The notes below the pieces were generated by a model that saw nothing but the letters and a program-made list of their open reading frames with translations, searched no databases and was not told the DNA's origin. The translations under genes and the position numbers were made by a program. 64,000 bases of DNA from Ectothiorhodospiraceae bacterium (GTDB taxonomy: Bacteria > Pseudomonadota > Gammaproteobacteria > GCA-002705445 > GCA-002716945), in the NCBI GenBank assembly GCA_019651095.1, contig BOXR01000001.1, positions 32,405-96,404 on the forward strand, given 5' to 3'. Below are positions 49,301 through 62,615 of the stretch, one piece after another. Within the stretch, counting starts at the first letter, position 1. Every line of letters starts with the position of its first letter.

Positions 49301-50816
49301 AGTATTGAAGATTTAGCTCAGCTTATTTACGATTTAAAACAAGTCAATAGTCGAGCTCTTATATCCGTAAAACTTGTATCACAAAAAGGGGTTGGAACGA
49401 TTGCTGCTGGGGTAACGAAAGCTTACGCAGATCTGATTACTATTTCAGGTTATGACGGCGGGACAGGAGCTAGTCCACTAACCTCAGTTAAGTATGCTGG
49501 TTCACCATGGGAGATGGGTATTGCCGAAACTCAGCAAACATTAATGCTGAATAATCTTAGACACAAAGTAAGAATACAAACAGACGGTGGGCTTAAAACA
49601 GGATTAGATGTTATAAAAGCCGCGATCTTTGGAGCAGAGAGTTATGGGTTTGGAACATCAGTAATGGTAGCTTTAGGCTGTAAGTATTTAAGAATATGTC
49701 ACTTAAATAATTGTGCAACAGGCGTCGCCACACAAAATAAAATACTACGAATGAAACACTTCTCGGGCAGTCCTGAAAGAGTTGTAAATTACTTCAAATT
49801 CATTGCACAAGAAGTCAGAGAGATAATGGCATCACTGGGTATTAAGACAATTGATGAACTAACCGGTCAGACACATCTATTATCAATTAGTAAAGGCATC
49901 ACAGAAAAACACAAGGCTTTAAGTCTAAAAAAGATGCTAACAATTGCAAATAAAAAATCTGACAAGTATTGTACAACTAAATCAAACAAGCCATATGATA
50001 AGGGCGTATTAGCTAGAAAAATTCTTAAAGATTCTAAAAATGCAATTATGAATCGTAAAAGTATCACTCTAGAATATGACATAAAGAATCTTGATCGTTC
50101 TATAGGTGCTAGTCTCTCAGGAGAGATAGCTAAAAGATACGGGAATCATGGTTTCTCAAGTACGCCCATAAGGTTAAATTTAAATGGAACTGCTGGTCAA
50201 AGTCTCGGAGTATGGAATGCGGGTGGTGTGGAAATCCATCTTACTGGGGATGCAAACGATTATGTCGGTAAGGGGATGTCTGGCGGTAAAATAATTATCA
50301 ACGCTTCATCACCTTTCAAAAATATTGCTGATAAAAATAGTATCATCGGAAATACATGTCTATATGGTGCTACAGGTGGCATACTTTACGCTGAAGGTAA
50401 AGCGGGTGAGAGATTTGCTGTTAGAAACTCAGGTGCTATTGCTACCATAGAAGGAGCAGGCGACCATTGTTGTGAATACATGACTGGAGGCTCTGTAACT
50501 GTTTTAGGAGAGGTTGGAAACAATTTTGGAGCTGGCATGACAGGTGGAGTTGCCTTTGTTTATGATAAATCACATAGGTTAGATAAGAACCTCAACAAAA
50601 GCTCTGTAGAACTTGTAGAACTCTCAAGAGCTGACAAGACAACAATCAGTTTACTTTAAAAAGATTATCAAAGATTACGTGAAAGAAACAAAAAGTATCA
50701 AGGCTAAGGAAATATTAAAGAATTTTGAAAATGAAATTAGTAATATTAAATTAATTAAGCCAATAAATGCATCAATGGAAGATATCAAGAAGAATGTGAT
50801 TAATAAAGTCGCATAA
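46365..50816 (+). CDS. gltB: glutamate synthase (NADPH) large subunit, frame changes at the GGG run 49191..49193 and near 50650
   Basis: [10 protein letters not shown] amidotransferase N-terminus, then FMN and GXGXG domains. After QGAKPG the correct frame reads [41 protein letters not shown]... and is continuous with ORF 49514..50659. The C-terminal tail continues to 50816. Confidence 0.93.
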
Positions 50817-52494
50817 TGGCAAATTTTGATAGAGCATTCATTGATCAGGTTCTTTCTTCAACCGACATAGTTGATGTAATAAAAGAAAAAGTTAACCTTA
50901 CAAAGAATGGAGCAAACTTTAAGGTCTGTGTCCATTTCACAATGAAAAACACCTTCATTCAATGTCTCTTCGTCAAAACAATTTTATCATTGCTTTGGTT
51001 GTGGTGCTCACGGTGACGCTATAAAATTTCTACAGGAGCATGATAATCTTACTTTCATTGAAGCTCTAACAAAATTAGCACAAGCAGCAGGACTTGAGCT
51101 TCCAGAAAAGACAAAAAAAAATGATGCTCACTATAACCTTTTTATATCAAATAAACTTGCCGCTGACTTTTATAGTCGTTCTCTGAAAAATAATCCAAAA
51201 GCTAAGACCTACCTCGAGAGCAGAGGTATCGATCAGGATATGATAGATGTTTTTAACTTAGGACTATCTAATAATAAGTGGGATGATCTAACTAGCTTAT
51301 TCGCAAAAGAAAAAATTACAAACAATGCAGTTGAGGCTGGACTAATAATAAAATCTAATAACAAAACATATGACCGTTTCAGAAATAGAATTATGTTTCC
51401 TATAAGAAACTCAACTGGAAATATTATTGGTTTTGGAGCAAGAATTTATAATTCAGAAGATGGAGCTAAATATTTAAACTCTCCAGAAACTAAGCTATTT
51501 CACAAAAGTTTTGAGCTATATGGTCTGTATGAATGTAAAAAGATATAAGCAAAGAAAAATCAGTCATCATTGTTGAGGGATATACTGATGTCATTGGGTT
51601 ATATAAATCTGGATTAAGGAACTGCGTTGCCACATTGGGAACAGCATTTACCAAGCATCACTTCAATAAAATAAAGAGGTATACAAATAAGATTATATTT
51701 TGTTTTGATGGTGACACTGCAGGTAAATCTGCAGCATGGAAGGCCATAACAAATTGTCTAACTGAGTTAAAAGATGAAATACAACTATCTTTAGTTTTTC
51801 TACCCGAAGGATGTGATCCGGATTCGTATGTAAAAACTGATAGAGAAAATTTTGATAATTTAATAGATAATTCTATGCCATTGTCTCAATACATAATTGA
51901 ATATCTCAAATCTAATAAAGACACTAAGACTGTAGAAGGAAAAACCTCTTTCGCATTAGAGGCAAAGAAAGTTCTCAATCAAATGCCCGACATCATGTAT
52001 ACAGATATACTTAGAGAAGAGATACAGGAAATAACAGGAAATGTGATACCAAAGGAGAGCCAAACATCAAACAACAAAGAAAAAATAACTTCATCGAACA
52101 AGAATCAAGAATTTGATATCAAAGAACTTACACTTTTAAGTTTATTTATAGAATATCCAAGGTTAGTCAAAGAGTTTGATTGTAAGAATATAATTTCAGA
52201 AACCTCATTGATAAATATTTATAATATTATCAAAGAAGAAATTAACCATAATAAAATTTTACAGCTGCACATCTATTAAAGTTATTTCCTAATAATGAGA
52301 CTATCAAAACTATAGTTTCTTTTGAATCAAATGAGAAGTCTGAAGATTCTGCAAGAGTTACAATCAAAGAAATATTTCATCAATTAGAGCTGAGTTCAAA
52401 AGAGAAAATCTATTTTGACTTGCTAAATAGATACACTGATGGTCAAAAATTATCTGATGATGAGAGAAAATTCATTAAAAATTTCAAGAAATAG
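50816..52494 (+). CDS. dnaG: DNA primase, four frame changes (about 50927, 50951, 51540, 52262)
   Basis: After correction the sequence reads [22 protein letters not shown]...[40 protein letters not shown] (zinc finger), then EGYTDVI...FCFDGDTAG (TOPRIM). All four breaks lie in short G, A or T runs. Confidence 0.92.
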
Positions 52495-52549
52495 TTATAT
52501 GAACAAACATCTGCTTTATTACCAATCAATTGTAATATAAACTGCACAG

Positions 52550-53710
52550 ATGTATTATTTTACATCTGAAAGCGTATCACCTGGGCATCCAGATAAATTA
52601 TGTGATCACTTATCAGACGCCATTTTAGATCATGTTCTCTCACAAGATAAAGAATCACGTGTTGCATGTGAAACCTTTGTAAAAGGTAAATCTGATGATG
52701 CTGGGACTGTAGTAGTGGGTGGAGAGATAACTACTCAAGCAAATCTCGATATAGATGAACTAATAAGAGAAACTATTCTAGAAATAGGATATGACTCAAA
52801 TGAACTTGGTTTTAATGGGAATGAATGCAACATTATCAAATTACTAACAAAACAATCTCCTGATATACAAATGGGGGTTGATCGAGAAGAGAAAAAAAAT
52901 CAAGGAGCAGGTGATCAAGGTCTAATGTTTGGATATGCCACAAATGAGACTGAGTTTCTTATGCCATCACCGATATATTACTCTCATCGTTTGGTTGAGA
53001 AACAAACAAATCTTTTAAAAACTGGAGCTGTGAGTTGGTTGAGGCCTGATGCCAAAAGCCAAGTTACATTTCAATATGAGAAGGATAAGCCTACATTCGT
53101 AGATACTGTTGTTTTATCAACACAGCACTCTAGTGATATAAGTTTGGAAGATCTTAGAGAGTATGTAAAAAAAGAGATCATATTTGATGTTATTCCGGAA
53201 AATTTGATTAACGATAATACAAGGATTTTTATAAACCCTACCGGTAATTTTGTTGAAGGTGGACCGCTTGGTGATTCAGGATTGACAGGTAGGAAGATCA
53301 TTGTTGACACATACGGCGGTATGGCAAGACATGGTGGAGGAGCATTTTCAGGCAAAGATCCCTCCAAAGTCGATAGGTCTGCAGCATATGCAGCAAGATA
53401 TATTGCAAAAAATATTGTTGCAGCTGGACTCGCTGATAGATGTGAAATTCAAATATCTTATGCAATAGGAGTTGCACAACCAACATCAACATTAATTAAT
53501 ACATTTGGAACAGGCGTAGTCTCAGATGATAAATTATCTAATATTATTAATGATATTTTTGATCTTACTCCTTATGGGATAATTACTACTCTGAATCTAC
53601 TCAATGTTAAATATAAACCTACAGCTGGATTTGGGCATTTTGGGAGAAATGATGTAAATTTTACATGGGAACAAACAGATAAGGTTGATATACTGAGATC
53701 TGCAATTTAA
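52550..53710 (+). CDS. metK: S-adenosylmethionine synthetase
   Basis: [16 protein letters not shown]...[12 protein letters not shown]...[16 protein letters not shown]. Confidence 0.97.
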   Translation: MYYFTSESVSPGHPDKLCDHLSDAILDHVLSQDKESRVACETFVKGKSDDAGTVVVGGEITTQANLDIDELIRETILEIGYDSNELGFNGNECNIIKLLTKQSPDIQMGVDREEKKNQGAGDQGLMFGYATNETEFLMPSPIYYSHRLVEKQTNLLKTGAVSWLRPDAKSQVTFQYEKDKPTFVDTVVLSTQHSSDISLEDLREYVKKEIIFDVIPENLINDNTRIFINPTGNFVEGGPLGDSGLTGRKIIVDTYGGMARHGGGAFSGKDPSKVDRSAAYAARYIAKNIVAAGLADRCEIQISYAIGVAQPTSTLINTFGTGVVSDDKLSNIINDIFDLTPYGIITTLNLLNVKYKPTAGFGHFGRNDVNFTWEQTDKVDILRSAI

Positions 53711-53713
53711 TGA

Positions 53714-55036
<1,323 letters not shown>

Positions 55037-55053
55037 TTAGTACCGAACTAATT

Positions 55054-56403
55054 ATGAAATCATCCCATCTAGTTAAAAAAGACTTAAAAGTTCTTTGGCA
55101 TCCTTGTACCCAAATGAAGGATCATGAAAAAATCCCGATGATTCCAATCAAATCAGGTAAGGGAGTATGGCTATACGACTATGATGGAGTAAAATATCTC
55201 GATGCTATAAGCTCATGGTGGGTCAATCTTTTCGGCCATTCAAACGCATACATAAACAAAAGTATTAAAAAGTCAATTATCACAGCTAGAGCATGTTCTC
55301 CTAGCTGGTTTTACTCATGAACCTGCCATAAATCTTTCAGAGAGGTTAATAAAATTAACGCCATCTAAAATTACTAAATGTTTCTTTACTGACAATGGTT
55401 CCTCATCTATAGATGCAGCGATGAAGATGAGTTATCACTACTGGCAGAATAAAAAGAAAAAATCTAAAGTCAAATTTATAGCATTGTCTAATAGTTACCA
55501 TGGTGAAACTCTAGGATCTTTATCTGTAAGTAACATTGACTTGTATAAGAAAACTTATGAGAACATTCTGAAGGAAACCATCATAGTAGACTCTCCCGAT
55601 AGCTACAATAAATCTGAAAATATATCTGAGGAAAAACATGCAGAGATCATGTTTGATAAAATGTACAAACTATCAAAAATCATCATGATGTGTGTGCTGT
55701 AATCGTAGAACCGCTTATACAATGTGCAGGTTATATGAGAATGTATCATCACAAGTATCTCGAATTATTGAGTGAGGCATGTCGTGAATATAATATCCAT
55801 TTAATAGCAGATGAAATTGCAGTAGGATTTGGTAGAACAGGGACTATGTTCGGATTTCAACAAGCTAAGATTACACCAGACATCATCTGTTTATCTAAAG
55901 GAATAACAGGTGGATACATGACACTTTCTACGATTTTGACTACAGACGATATTTATGATGCTTTTTATGATGAATATGAGAAGTTAAATGCCTTCTTACA
56001 CTCACATAGTTATACAGCAAACCCGATCGCATGCTCAGCCGCAAATGCAACACTTGATATTTTTAAAGATAAAGATGTAATCAAAAATAAAATACTATCA
56101 GCTCATATGAGAAAATGTTTTGAATCTCTTAAAGATCATCCGCATGTATCTGATGTTAGGCAAAAAGGTATGGTCCTTGCAATAGAGTTAATTAAGGATA
56201 AAAAGAGGAAAGGTCTCCTATGACTGGAAAGAGAGAAGAGGTATAAGAGCCTACCTGCATGGCCTTAAAAATAATGTTTTAATGCGCCCCCTTGGGAATG
56301 TACTTTATTTCATGCCTCCTTACGTAATTACAAAAAAGAAATCTCCTTTGTATCTGAGATAATGAAAGAAGGTGTAGATGAAGCAACAAAAAAAAATTCA
56401 TAG
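55054..56403 (+). CDS. bioA: adenosylmethionine-8-amino-7-oxononanoate aminotransferase, at least three frame changes
   Basis: [11 protein letters not shown]..., [10 protein letters not shown], ...[41 protein letters not shown], and LSKGITGG (PLP lysine). The breaks are near 55275-55320, in the A5 run 55675..55679 and near 56215. Confidence 0.9.
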
Positions 56404-57109
56404 GATTTACCTGGCTACAGATTTAAAATCTGACGTGCATAGATGTTCCATGGATCTTTCTCATAGGATATTGAATGTTCTAAGAATAAAAAATAATGAG
56501 ACGATATCTATATTTAATAATAAAGGACAAGAATGTTTATCTAGAGTATCCATTGAAGAGAAACAAGTAGTTTTAAATCTATCAAAAGAGATTAAAAGTG
56601 GGATTGATAAATCGAAGAAAATTAGCCTATGCGTTTCAATAATTAATATGAAATTGATGGATCTAATTATACAAAAATCTGTAGAATTAGGTGTTACTAA
56701 CTTCATCCCCATTTATACTCAACGAAGTCAATACAAGAATGTAGATAAGAAGCTGGATCATTGGGAGAAGACAGTCATTCATGCAACAGAACAGTGTGGA
56801 AGACTGGATATAATGAAGCTATCTCATCCAGTCTCATTGAGTGATATCGATAATATTTATCAGAGTTCTTCAAAGTACCTTCTTCATCAGAACTGGTGAT
56901 AAATTCAAGTGATGATCTAAGAATCTAATGATATAACTCTACTAGTTGGTCCCGAGGGCGGCTTGGACGATCTTGAAATTGATTATTTAGAGACAAATGG
57001 ATGGAAAATGAAAACAATTAATGTGAATATACTCAGAACTGAAACAGCATGTATTTCAGTTTTAACACTTTTAAATAATTATGACATCATTTCAAGACGT
57101 AGTTTATAG
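56378..57109 (+). CDS. rsmE: 16S rRNA (uracil1498-N3)-methyltransferase, frame change near 56895-56930
   Basis: The N-terminal PUA-like part contains HRILNVLRIKNNE, and the C-terminus after the shift reads ITLLVGPEGGLDDLEIDYL...NILRTETA. Confidence 0.85.
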
Positions 57110-58313
57110 CAACAGAAAGAATCATGAAAATATTCATGAAATAATTATTGAACATCACCAACAAATTGAAGGTTGGTTCAGAAATCAGTGGTTAAAATAT
57201 CCCGCACCCTTCTATTCATCAATTGATATTAGAAATTCTGGATTTAAAATTTCTCCTGTCGATACTAATCTGTTCCCAGCAGGATTTAATAATTTGAATA
57301 AAGACTTTGAGTCGTTATACATCACAGCTGTAAAGCACTCTTTGGATAGTTTAAAAACTAGAATTGATAAAATTCTCATTATTCCTGAAGATCATACAAG
57401 AAACATACATTATCAAGAAAGCTTAAGCTACTTATCGTCACTGATTAAAAAAGCAGGCTATGAAGTAAGGGTATCTAAACCAAGTATTAATGACAATAAA
57501 TTTAAGAATACTAACTCATTACTTGAATATGATGGATTTATTCCAGATGCGATTTTGCTAAATAATGATTTATCATCGGGTATCCCCTCTTTTCTTGATA
57601 ATGTAAAACAAGTAATTCTGCCCTCCAAAAACATCGGATGGACTTCTAGATCGAAATCGGAGCACTTTAATTATTATAGCGATGTCTGTAGTAACTTTAG
57701 TAAGCTTCTTGGTTTTGATTCATGGCTTATTGAACCTGAATTTAGAAATTGTGGAGAAATAGATTTCAAAACGAAAAAAGGTGAAGAATGTTTAATTTAT
57801 AATGCAGAGAAATTATTTAAAATCATCTCGGAAAAATATGAGAAATATAATATTGATGAGAGACCATATATAATCATAAAAGCTGATTCAGGTACATATG
57901 GGATGGGTGTCATTACCATAGATAACATCAGTCAAATAAGAAATCTTAATAGGAAACAGAGGAATAAAATGCTTTCATCTAAAGGAAAAATTATTCCTAA
58001 CAGAGTTATACTTCAAGAAGGGGTCTACTCTTTTGAAGAAATCAAAAACACTAATAGTGTTGCTGAACCAGTAATATACTCATTTTCGAATTACCTCATA
58101 GGAGGTTTTTATAGGGCTCATGAAAATAAAGCTAATAATGAAAACCTTAACTCTCCAGGAATGATATTTCATCCTATACCACTAAACGATATTTGTATTT
58201 CGCCTGATATGAGCACACCTGTTGACTCTCAAATTAACAGGTACTACGTGTATGGGGTAATTGCTAGATTAGCGATTCTCTCTGCTGCAAAGGAGCTCTT
58301 TAACTTAGAATAA
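57081..58313 (+). CDS. gshA: glutamate--cysteine ligase (Thiobacillus/Acidithiobacillus ferrooxidans-type GshA family)
   Basis: PFYSSIDIRNSGFKISPVDTNLFPAGFNNL is the signature of this GshA family as I recall it, and gshB follows directly. Confidence 0.75.
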   Translation: MTSFQDVVYSNRKNHENIHEIIIEHHQQIEGWFRNQWLKYPAPFYSSIDIRNSGFKISPVDTNLFPAGFNNLNKDFESLYITAVKHSLDSLKTRIDKILIIPEDHTRNIHYQESLSYLSSLIKKAGYEVRVSKPSINDNKFKNTNSLLEYDGFIPDAILLNNDLSSGIPSFLDNVKQVILPSKNIGWTSRSKSEHFNYYSDVCSNFSKLLGFDSWLIEPEFRNCGEIDFKTKKGEECLIYNAEKLFKIISEKYEKYNIDERPYIIIKADSGTYGMGVITIDNISQIRNLNRKQRNKMLSSKGKIIPNRVILQEGVYSFEEIKNTNSVAEPVIYSFSNYLIGGFYRAHENKANNENLNSPGMIFHPIPLNDICISPDMSTPVDSQINRYYVYGVIARLAILSAAKELFNLE

Positions 58314-58314
58314 T

Positions 58315-59250
58315 ATGTATAGCATTGGTATATACATGGACCCTATTAATGAGATTGACTTTTCTAAAGACTCGACGGTTGCAATCATTAAGAATCTCCA
58401 GAGAAAAGCTAAGATTAAGCTGATTATTCCAGATTCAATTAATTACGATTCAAATAATGTTTTTGGCAGCTTGTGTGACTTAGAAATTATCTCTTTAAAA
58501 AAGAAAAAATATGTGCAGAAAAATAGTAAAAGAATGAATCTTAATAAATTAGATTGTATTTTTTTTAGAAAAGATCCTCCAGTTGATCAAAAATATATCT
58601 CTATTCTTCAAATGTTAAGAGAATTAGAATATCAAGATACGTTTGTAATTAATTCTCCAGAATCCCTTATAAGATTCAATGAGAAAATTCTGGGATGTCA
58701 ATTATCAATGCCTAAAATACCTACAATAATTTCATCCAACTCAAAACAAATTAATAATTTTCTAAAACTTCATGGTGTTATTGTACTAAAACCAATGAAT
58801 TTAATGGGAGGCCAAGGAATAATCAAACTCAGTTTATCAGATGATAGCAAATACTTAATATCTAGTTACATCCAGAATAATGGGATAATTATGGCTCAGA
58901 AATATTTAAATGAAATAAAAAATGGCGATAATAGAATTATAATTTATAATGGAATAGTAGAAAAAAATATCTTAACTAGATATCCGCCTGAGGGAGACTT
59001 TATTGCAAATCTCGCAAATGGTGGAATGTATGAAATCAAAACTCTTAAAAAAAAGTACCTGCCTAATCTAGAGAAAGTTGCATCATATTTAAAATATCAT
59101 GGGATATTTTTTGCTGGTGTAGATATGATAGGAGACTATATTACCGAGATTAACATTACTTCTCCGACTGGGATACAACAAATTGGTAATCGATTACCCT
59201 CAAAAATAGCTAATGAGCTCATTAAAAATATTGACGGCTATTATACATAA
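58315..59250 (+). CDS. gshB: glutathione synthetase
   Basis: ATP-grasp protein with FFRKDPPVD, LKPMNLMGGQGI, and GDNRIIIYNG...NITSPTG. Confidence 0.92.
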   Translation: MYSIGIYMDPINEIDFSKDSTVAIIKNLQRKAKIKLIIPDSINYDSNNVFGSLCDLEIISLKKKKYVQKNSKRMNLNKLDCIFFRKDPPVDQKYISILQMLRELEYQDTFVINSPESLIRFNEKILGCQLSMPKIPTIISSNSKQINNFLKLHGVIVLKPMNLMGGQGIIKLSLSDDSKYLISSYIQNNGIIMAQKYLNEIKNGDNRIIIYNGIVEKNILTRYPPEGDFIANLANGGMYEIKTLKKKYLPNLEKVASYLKYHGIFFAGVDMIGDYITEINITSPTGIQQIGNRLPSKIANELIKNIDGYYT

Positions 59251-59255
59251 TAGAA

Positions 59256-59681
59256 ATGGCAGATAAATTTTATCTTGGTATTGATTATGGAATTAAAAAA
59301 ACAGGAATCGCCATAGCACAGAAAGTAACAAATAAATCAAGACCATTAAAAATTATTTATAAAGACTATATCGATGAGATAGGTAAGATACTTGAAGAGT
59401 GGGACATAGATAAAATCGTAGTAGGATTTCCTGGTCACGTTGGTAAAAAAGCGAGTAAAGTTCAGGATGAAATTAATAATTTTGTCAATACTCTAAAGAA
59501 AAACATTGACCCATCAATTGAAGTTATTTTATTTGATGAGCAGCTTTCAAGTGAGCTTGCAAAAAATGATTTTGCTGAAATGAGAAATCTGGGTTTCACT
59601 AGAAAAAAAAATTCTGATTATGATGATATATCTGCTTCTATTATCTTGCAAAGCTGGATCAATGAAAATATTATGGACTAA
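59256..59681 (+). CDS. ruvX: Holliday-junction-resolvase-like nuclease / pre-16S rRNA nuclease YqgF
   Basis: LGIDYGIKKTGIAIA...IVVGFP...DEQLSS. Confidence 0.9.
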   Translation: MADKFYLGIDYGIKKTGIAIAQKVTNKSRPLKIIYKDYIDEIGKILEEWDIDKIVVGFPGHVGKKASKVQDEINNFVNTLKKNIDPSIEVILFDEQLSSELAKNDFAEMRNLGFTRKKNSDYDDISASIILQSWINENIMD

Positions 59682-60629
59682 ATGAAAATTAATCATGATA
59701 TTCAACTTTCAGACGGAAAGCTTAAACATTTTTTAAATATAAATAATCTGCCAAAATCTATTATTGAAGATATCATCAATCGAGCAGAAGAATTTCATGA
59801 TAACTCTAAGATAACTAAATACACTGGCAAGGTTGTGGCAAGTCTTTTTTTTGAACCTAGTACTAGAACTAAAACAACCTTTGAGTTAGCAACAAAAAAA
59901 ATATCGTCAGATTTTATAAATATAGATATTGCCAACTCATCTACATCTAAAGGTGAGTCAATCATTGATATGATAAAGACAATAGAAGCGATGAAGTGTA
60001 ATATGTTTGTAGTCAGGCATTCTGTTCCAGGAACAGCACATTTTATAGCTGAATCAGTTAGTAGTGATATAGCCGTAATAAATGCAGGAGATGGATCAAA
60101 CGAGCATCCTACTCAGGCGATGTTAGATATGTTTACAATAAAGAAACATAAAGGCTCATTTGAGGACTTAAAAATCTCTATTGTGGGTGATATTCTCCAT
60201 TCACGTGTTGCTAAATCATTAATTTTTGCACTTAACACTCTTGGAGCAAAACAAATTAATATTGTGGGTCCTAAAAAATTAATTCCTGATAATTATACCG
60301 AGATGAATGTGAAATATTTTGAGGATATGAGCGAGGGAATAAGCTATTCCGACGTAATAATCATGCTTAGATTACAAAAAGAGAGAATGCACGATGCCCT
60401 TATATCATTAGATACTTATTATGATGAATACGGATTGAATCAATCTCGAATGCAATTAGCTAAGAAGGATGTCATTGTAATGCACCCGGGCCCAATCAAT
60501 AGAGGTGTAGAGATAGAATCTTCAGTTGCAGATGGTCCAAACTCTGTAATACTAAATCAGGTGTCCTATGGTATCTCTGTTAGGATGGCAATTATGTCAA
60601 TACTATTTGATAATCACCATGCTAGCTAA
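59682..60629 (+). CDS. pyrB: aspartate carbamoyltransferase catalytic subunit
   Basis: FFEPSTRTKTTFELA, VVRH, HPTQAMLD, and HPGPINRGVEI. Confidence 0.96.
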   Translation: MKINHDIQLSDGKLKHFLNINNLPKSIIEDIINRAEEFHDNSKITKYTGKVVASLFFEPSTRTKTTFELATKKISSDFINIDIANSSTSKGESIIDMIKTIEAMKCNMFVVRHSVPGTAHFIAESVSSDIAVINAGDGSNEHPTQAMLDMFTIKKHKGSFEDLKISIVGDILHSRVAKSLIFALNTLGAKQINIVGPKKLIPDNYTEMNVKYFEDMSEGISYSDVIIMLRLQKERMHDALISLDTYYDEYGLNQSRMQLAKKDVIVMHPGPINRGVEIESSVADGPNSVILNQVSYGISVRMAIMSILFDNHHAS

Positions 60630-61275
60630 TTATGTGGATAAATATAAAGATCTAAAAACAAGGATTAATGATTTAGAAACGCTCTATAATAGAGAAATTC
60701 GATTAATTGTTGTTTCAAAGACTCAAAATCCTGAAAAAATAATAACTTTGAATAATTTAGGACAAACAGATTTTGGAGAGAATTATGTAGATGAGGCTCA
60801 TGAGAAAATCAATTTTATGAAAAATAGTAATATCACATGGCATTTCATTGGGAAGATTCAATCAAATAAAATAAAAACAATTTGTAAACTTTTTGATTGG
60901 GTGCATACTATCTCATCCGAGAAACATGTAAAGAAAATAAATGAGATGTCTAAAAGTATAAACAAAGTCATGAATGTCTGTATACAAATCAATATCGATA
61001 ATGAACAAACTAAAGGAGGTATTACACTAGAAGAGTATGAGAAGTTTAGCTCAAGCCTTCATGGCCTTCAAAATATTAAATTACGAGGACTTATGACGAT
61101 ACCCAGAAGTGACATTCCAAGTGAAGAGTCATTTGCTAGGATGTATGATTTATATAAAAAAAATGATTATTTAGATACTCTATCAATGGGTATGAGTAGC
61201 GACTTTGTAACTGCAATTGAAAATGGTGCAAATATGCTTAGAATAGGACAAGAAATATTTGGCAAAAGAACATGA
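60619..61275 (+). CDS. yggS: YggS-family pyridoxal-phosphate homeostasis protein
   Basis: IRLIVVSKTQ (PLP lysine), FGENYVDE, WHFIGKIQSNK, and LSMGMSSDF. The start taken is the ATG at 60619. Confidence 0.92.
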   Translation: MLANYVDKYKDLKTRINDLETLYNREIRLIVVSKTQNPEKIITLNNLGQTDFGENYVDEAHEKINFMKNSNITWHFIGKIQSNKIKTICKLFDWVHTISSEKHVKKINEMSKSINKVMNVCIQINIDNEQTKGGITLEEYEKFSSSLHGLQNIKLRGLMTIPRSDIPSEESFARMYDLYKKNDYLDTLSMGMSSDFVTAIENGANMLRIGQEIFGKRT

Positions 61276-62066
61276 AGGAACACATTACAATTATTGGAGC
61301 AGGTAACTTGACTATGTCGATCCTTGAGGCAATAAAAAGATCTAGAGCCAAATTCACAATCAATGTTGTAGATATTGATAAAAAGAAGTCCTCTCAATTA
61401 AAGAAGTTTGGTGTTAAATTAAATACAACTTATGATGATAAAATATCAAAATCAAAATTTATATTACTTATTGTCAAGCCAAAAGATTACGTCCAGGCAC
61501 TAAAGTCAATTGATCCGTATGTGAATAGTCAAACAATAATACTAAGCTTTATTGCCGGCATAAGCGTGAATCAAATTGAAAAACTTCTTACCGCTGATGT
61601 CAATATTGTTAGATGCATGACAAATTTAGCTATTAGTGAAAGACAGTCATATATGTTCTATTTCATGAATAAGGGCTCAAAGAAAGTTATCGATAAAATT
61701 AATAAATTCCTGCTAACTTTTTCTGTTACGAAGAAATGCTCTGAAGAAAACCACATTAATAAACTTACAGCACTATATGGTAGTGGACCAGCTTATTATA
61801 TTTTCTTCAATAGTATAATTAAAAAATCCTTTGAACAAATGGGTTTCAACAAGAAAGAATCAGATAGTTATACTCACAGCTTGATGCTGGACTCTTCAGA
61901 ACTTTTAGGAATAAGTGATTCACAATATTTACTCAAAGCCATTGCCTCAAAGGGAGGGACGACTGAAGCCGCTTTGTCACAGTTAAAGAAGGATAAAGTA
62001 GACTTGAGTGTTCGACGTGCGGTCCAACAAGCTTATAAAAAATCAAAGAAAATATTAAGTAAATAA
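61272..62066 (+). CDS. proC: pyrroline-5-carboxylate reductase
   Basis: ITIIGAGNLTMSI..., and a C-terminal SKGGTTEAAL motif. Confidence 0.9.
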   Translation: MKEHITIIGAGNLTMSILEAIKRSRAKFTINVVDIDKKKSSQLKKFGVKLNTTYDDKISKSKFILLIVKPKDYVQALKSIDPYVNSQTIILSFIAGISVNQIEKLLTADVNIVRCMTNLAISERQSYMFYFMNKGSKKVIDKINKFLLTFSVTKKCSEENHINKLTALYGSGPAYYIFFNSIIKKSFEQMGFNKKESDSYTHSLMLDSSELLGISDSQYLLKAIASKGGTTEAALSQLKKDKVDLSVRRAVQQAYKKSKKILSK

Positions 62067-62614
62067 TGTCACAAATTACGCCTATAATTTATCTGATACT
62101 AAGCTTACTTCAATTTATTATACTTCTAAGATTCATATGCCAAGTAATGAATGTTAACTATTACAATCCTGTAACTCAATCTATTGTTAAGATCAGTGGG
62201 TATATTCTTACACCTTTTAATGTACTTAATCTAAATTCTAATACGTATTTTTTATTTGTAATCTTGTATATATTCACGCTAGGCAAATTATATTTACCTA
62301 TGTTAGATTCCGTTGAGTCATACCCTTCGACAGGTTTTTTAATAATAACATTTGGTTATTTAATGAAAGATTTAACAAACATATACTGGTACCTTATCAT
62401 AATTTCAGCTATAAAAAGCTGGTTCAATGTATTCGTCAGTCACCCTATATTTGCACTAATAGATGAACTTTGTGAACCATTATACAGAATTGTAAGAAAT
62501 ATATTACCGACGTTCTCCGGAATAGATTTTTCTCCTATTGTACTTTTATTTTTTTTACAAATTGTAGAGGCAATATTCATCCCGAGGATCGTACAACTGG
62601 GCTATATTATATAA
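62066..62614 (+). CDS. yggT: YggT-family membrane protein
   Basis: 182 aa, polytopic, with [23 protein letters not shown], in the conserved yggS-proC-yggT order. Confidence 0.85.
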   Translation: MSQITPIIYLILSLLQFIILLRFICQVMNVNYYNPVTQSIVKISGYILTPFNVLNLNSNTYFLFVILYIFTLGKLYLPMLDSVESYPSTGFLIITFGYLMKDLTNIYWYLIIISAIKSWFNVFVSHPIFALIDELCEPLYRIVRNILPTFSGIDFSPIVLLFFLQIVEAIFIPRIVQLGYII

Positions 62615-62615
62615 T

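Noticed and set aside
52495-52549. A possible SAM or SAH riboswitch upstream of metK-ahcY
   Set aside because: The leader is only 55 nt, is very AT-rich and lacks the GC-rich helices of the known SAM or SAH aptamers. metK and ahcY are separated by only 6 nt.
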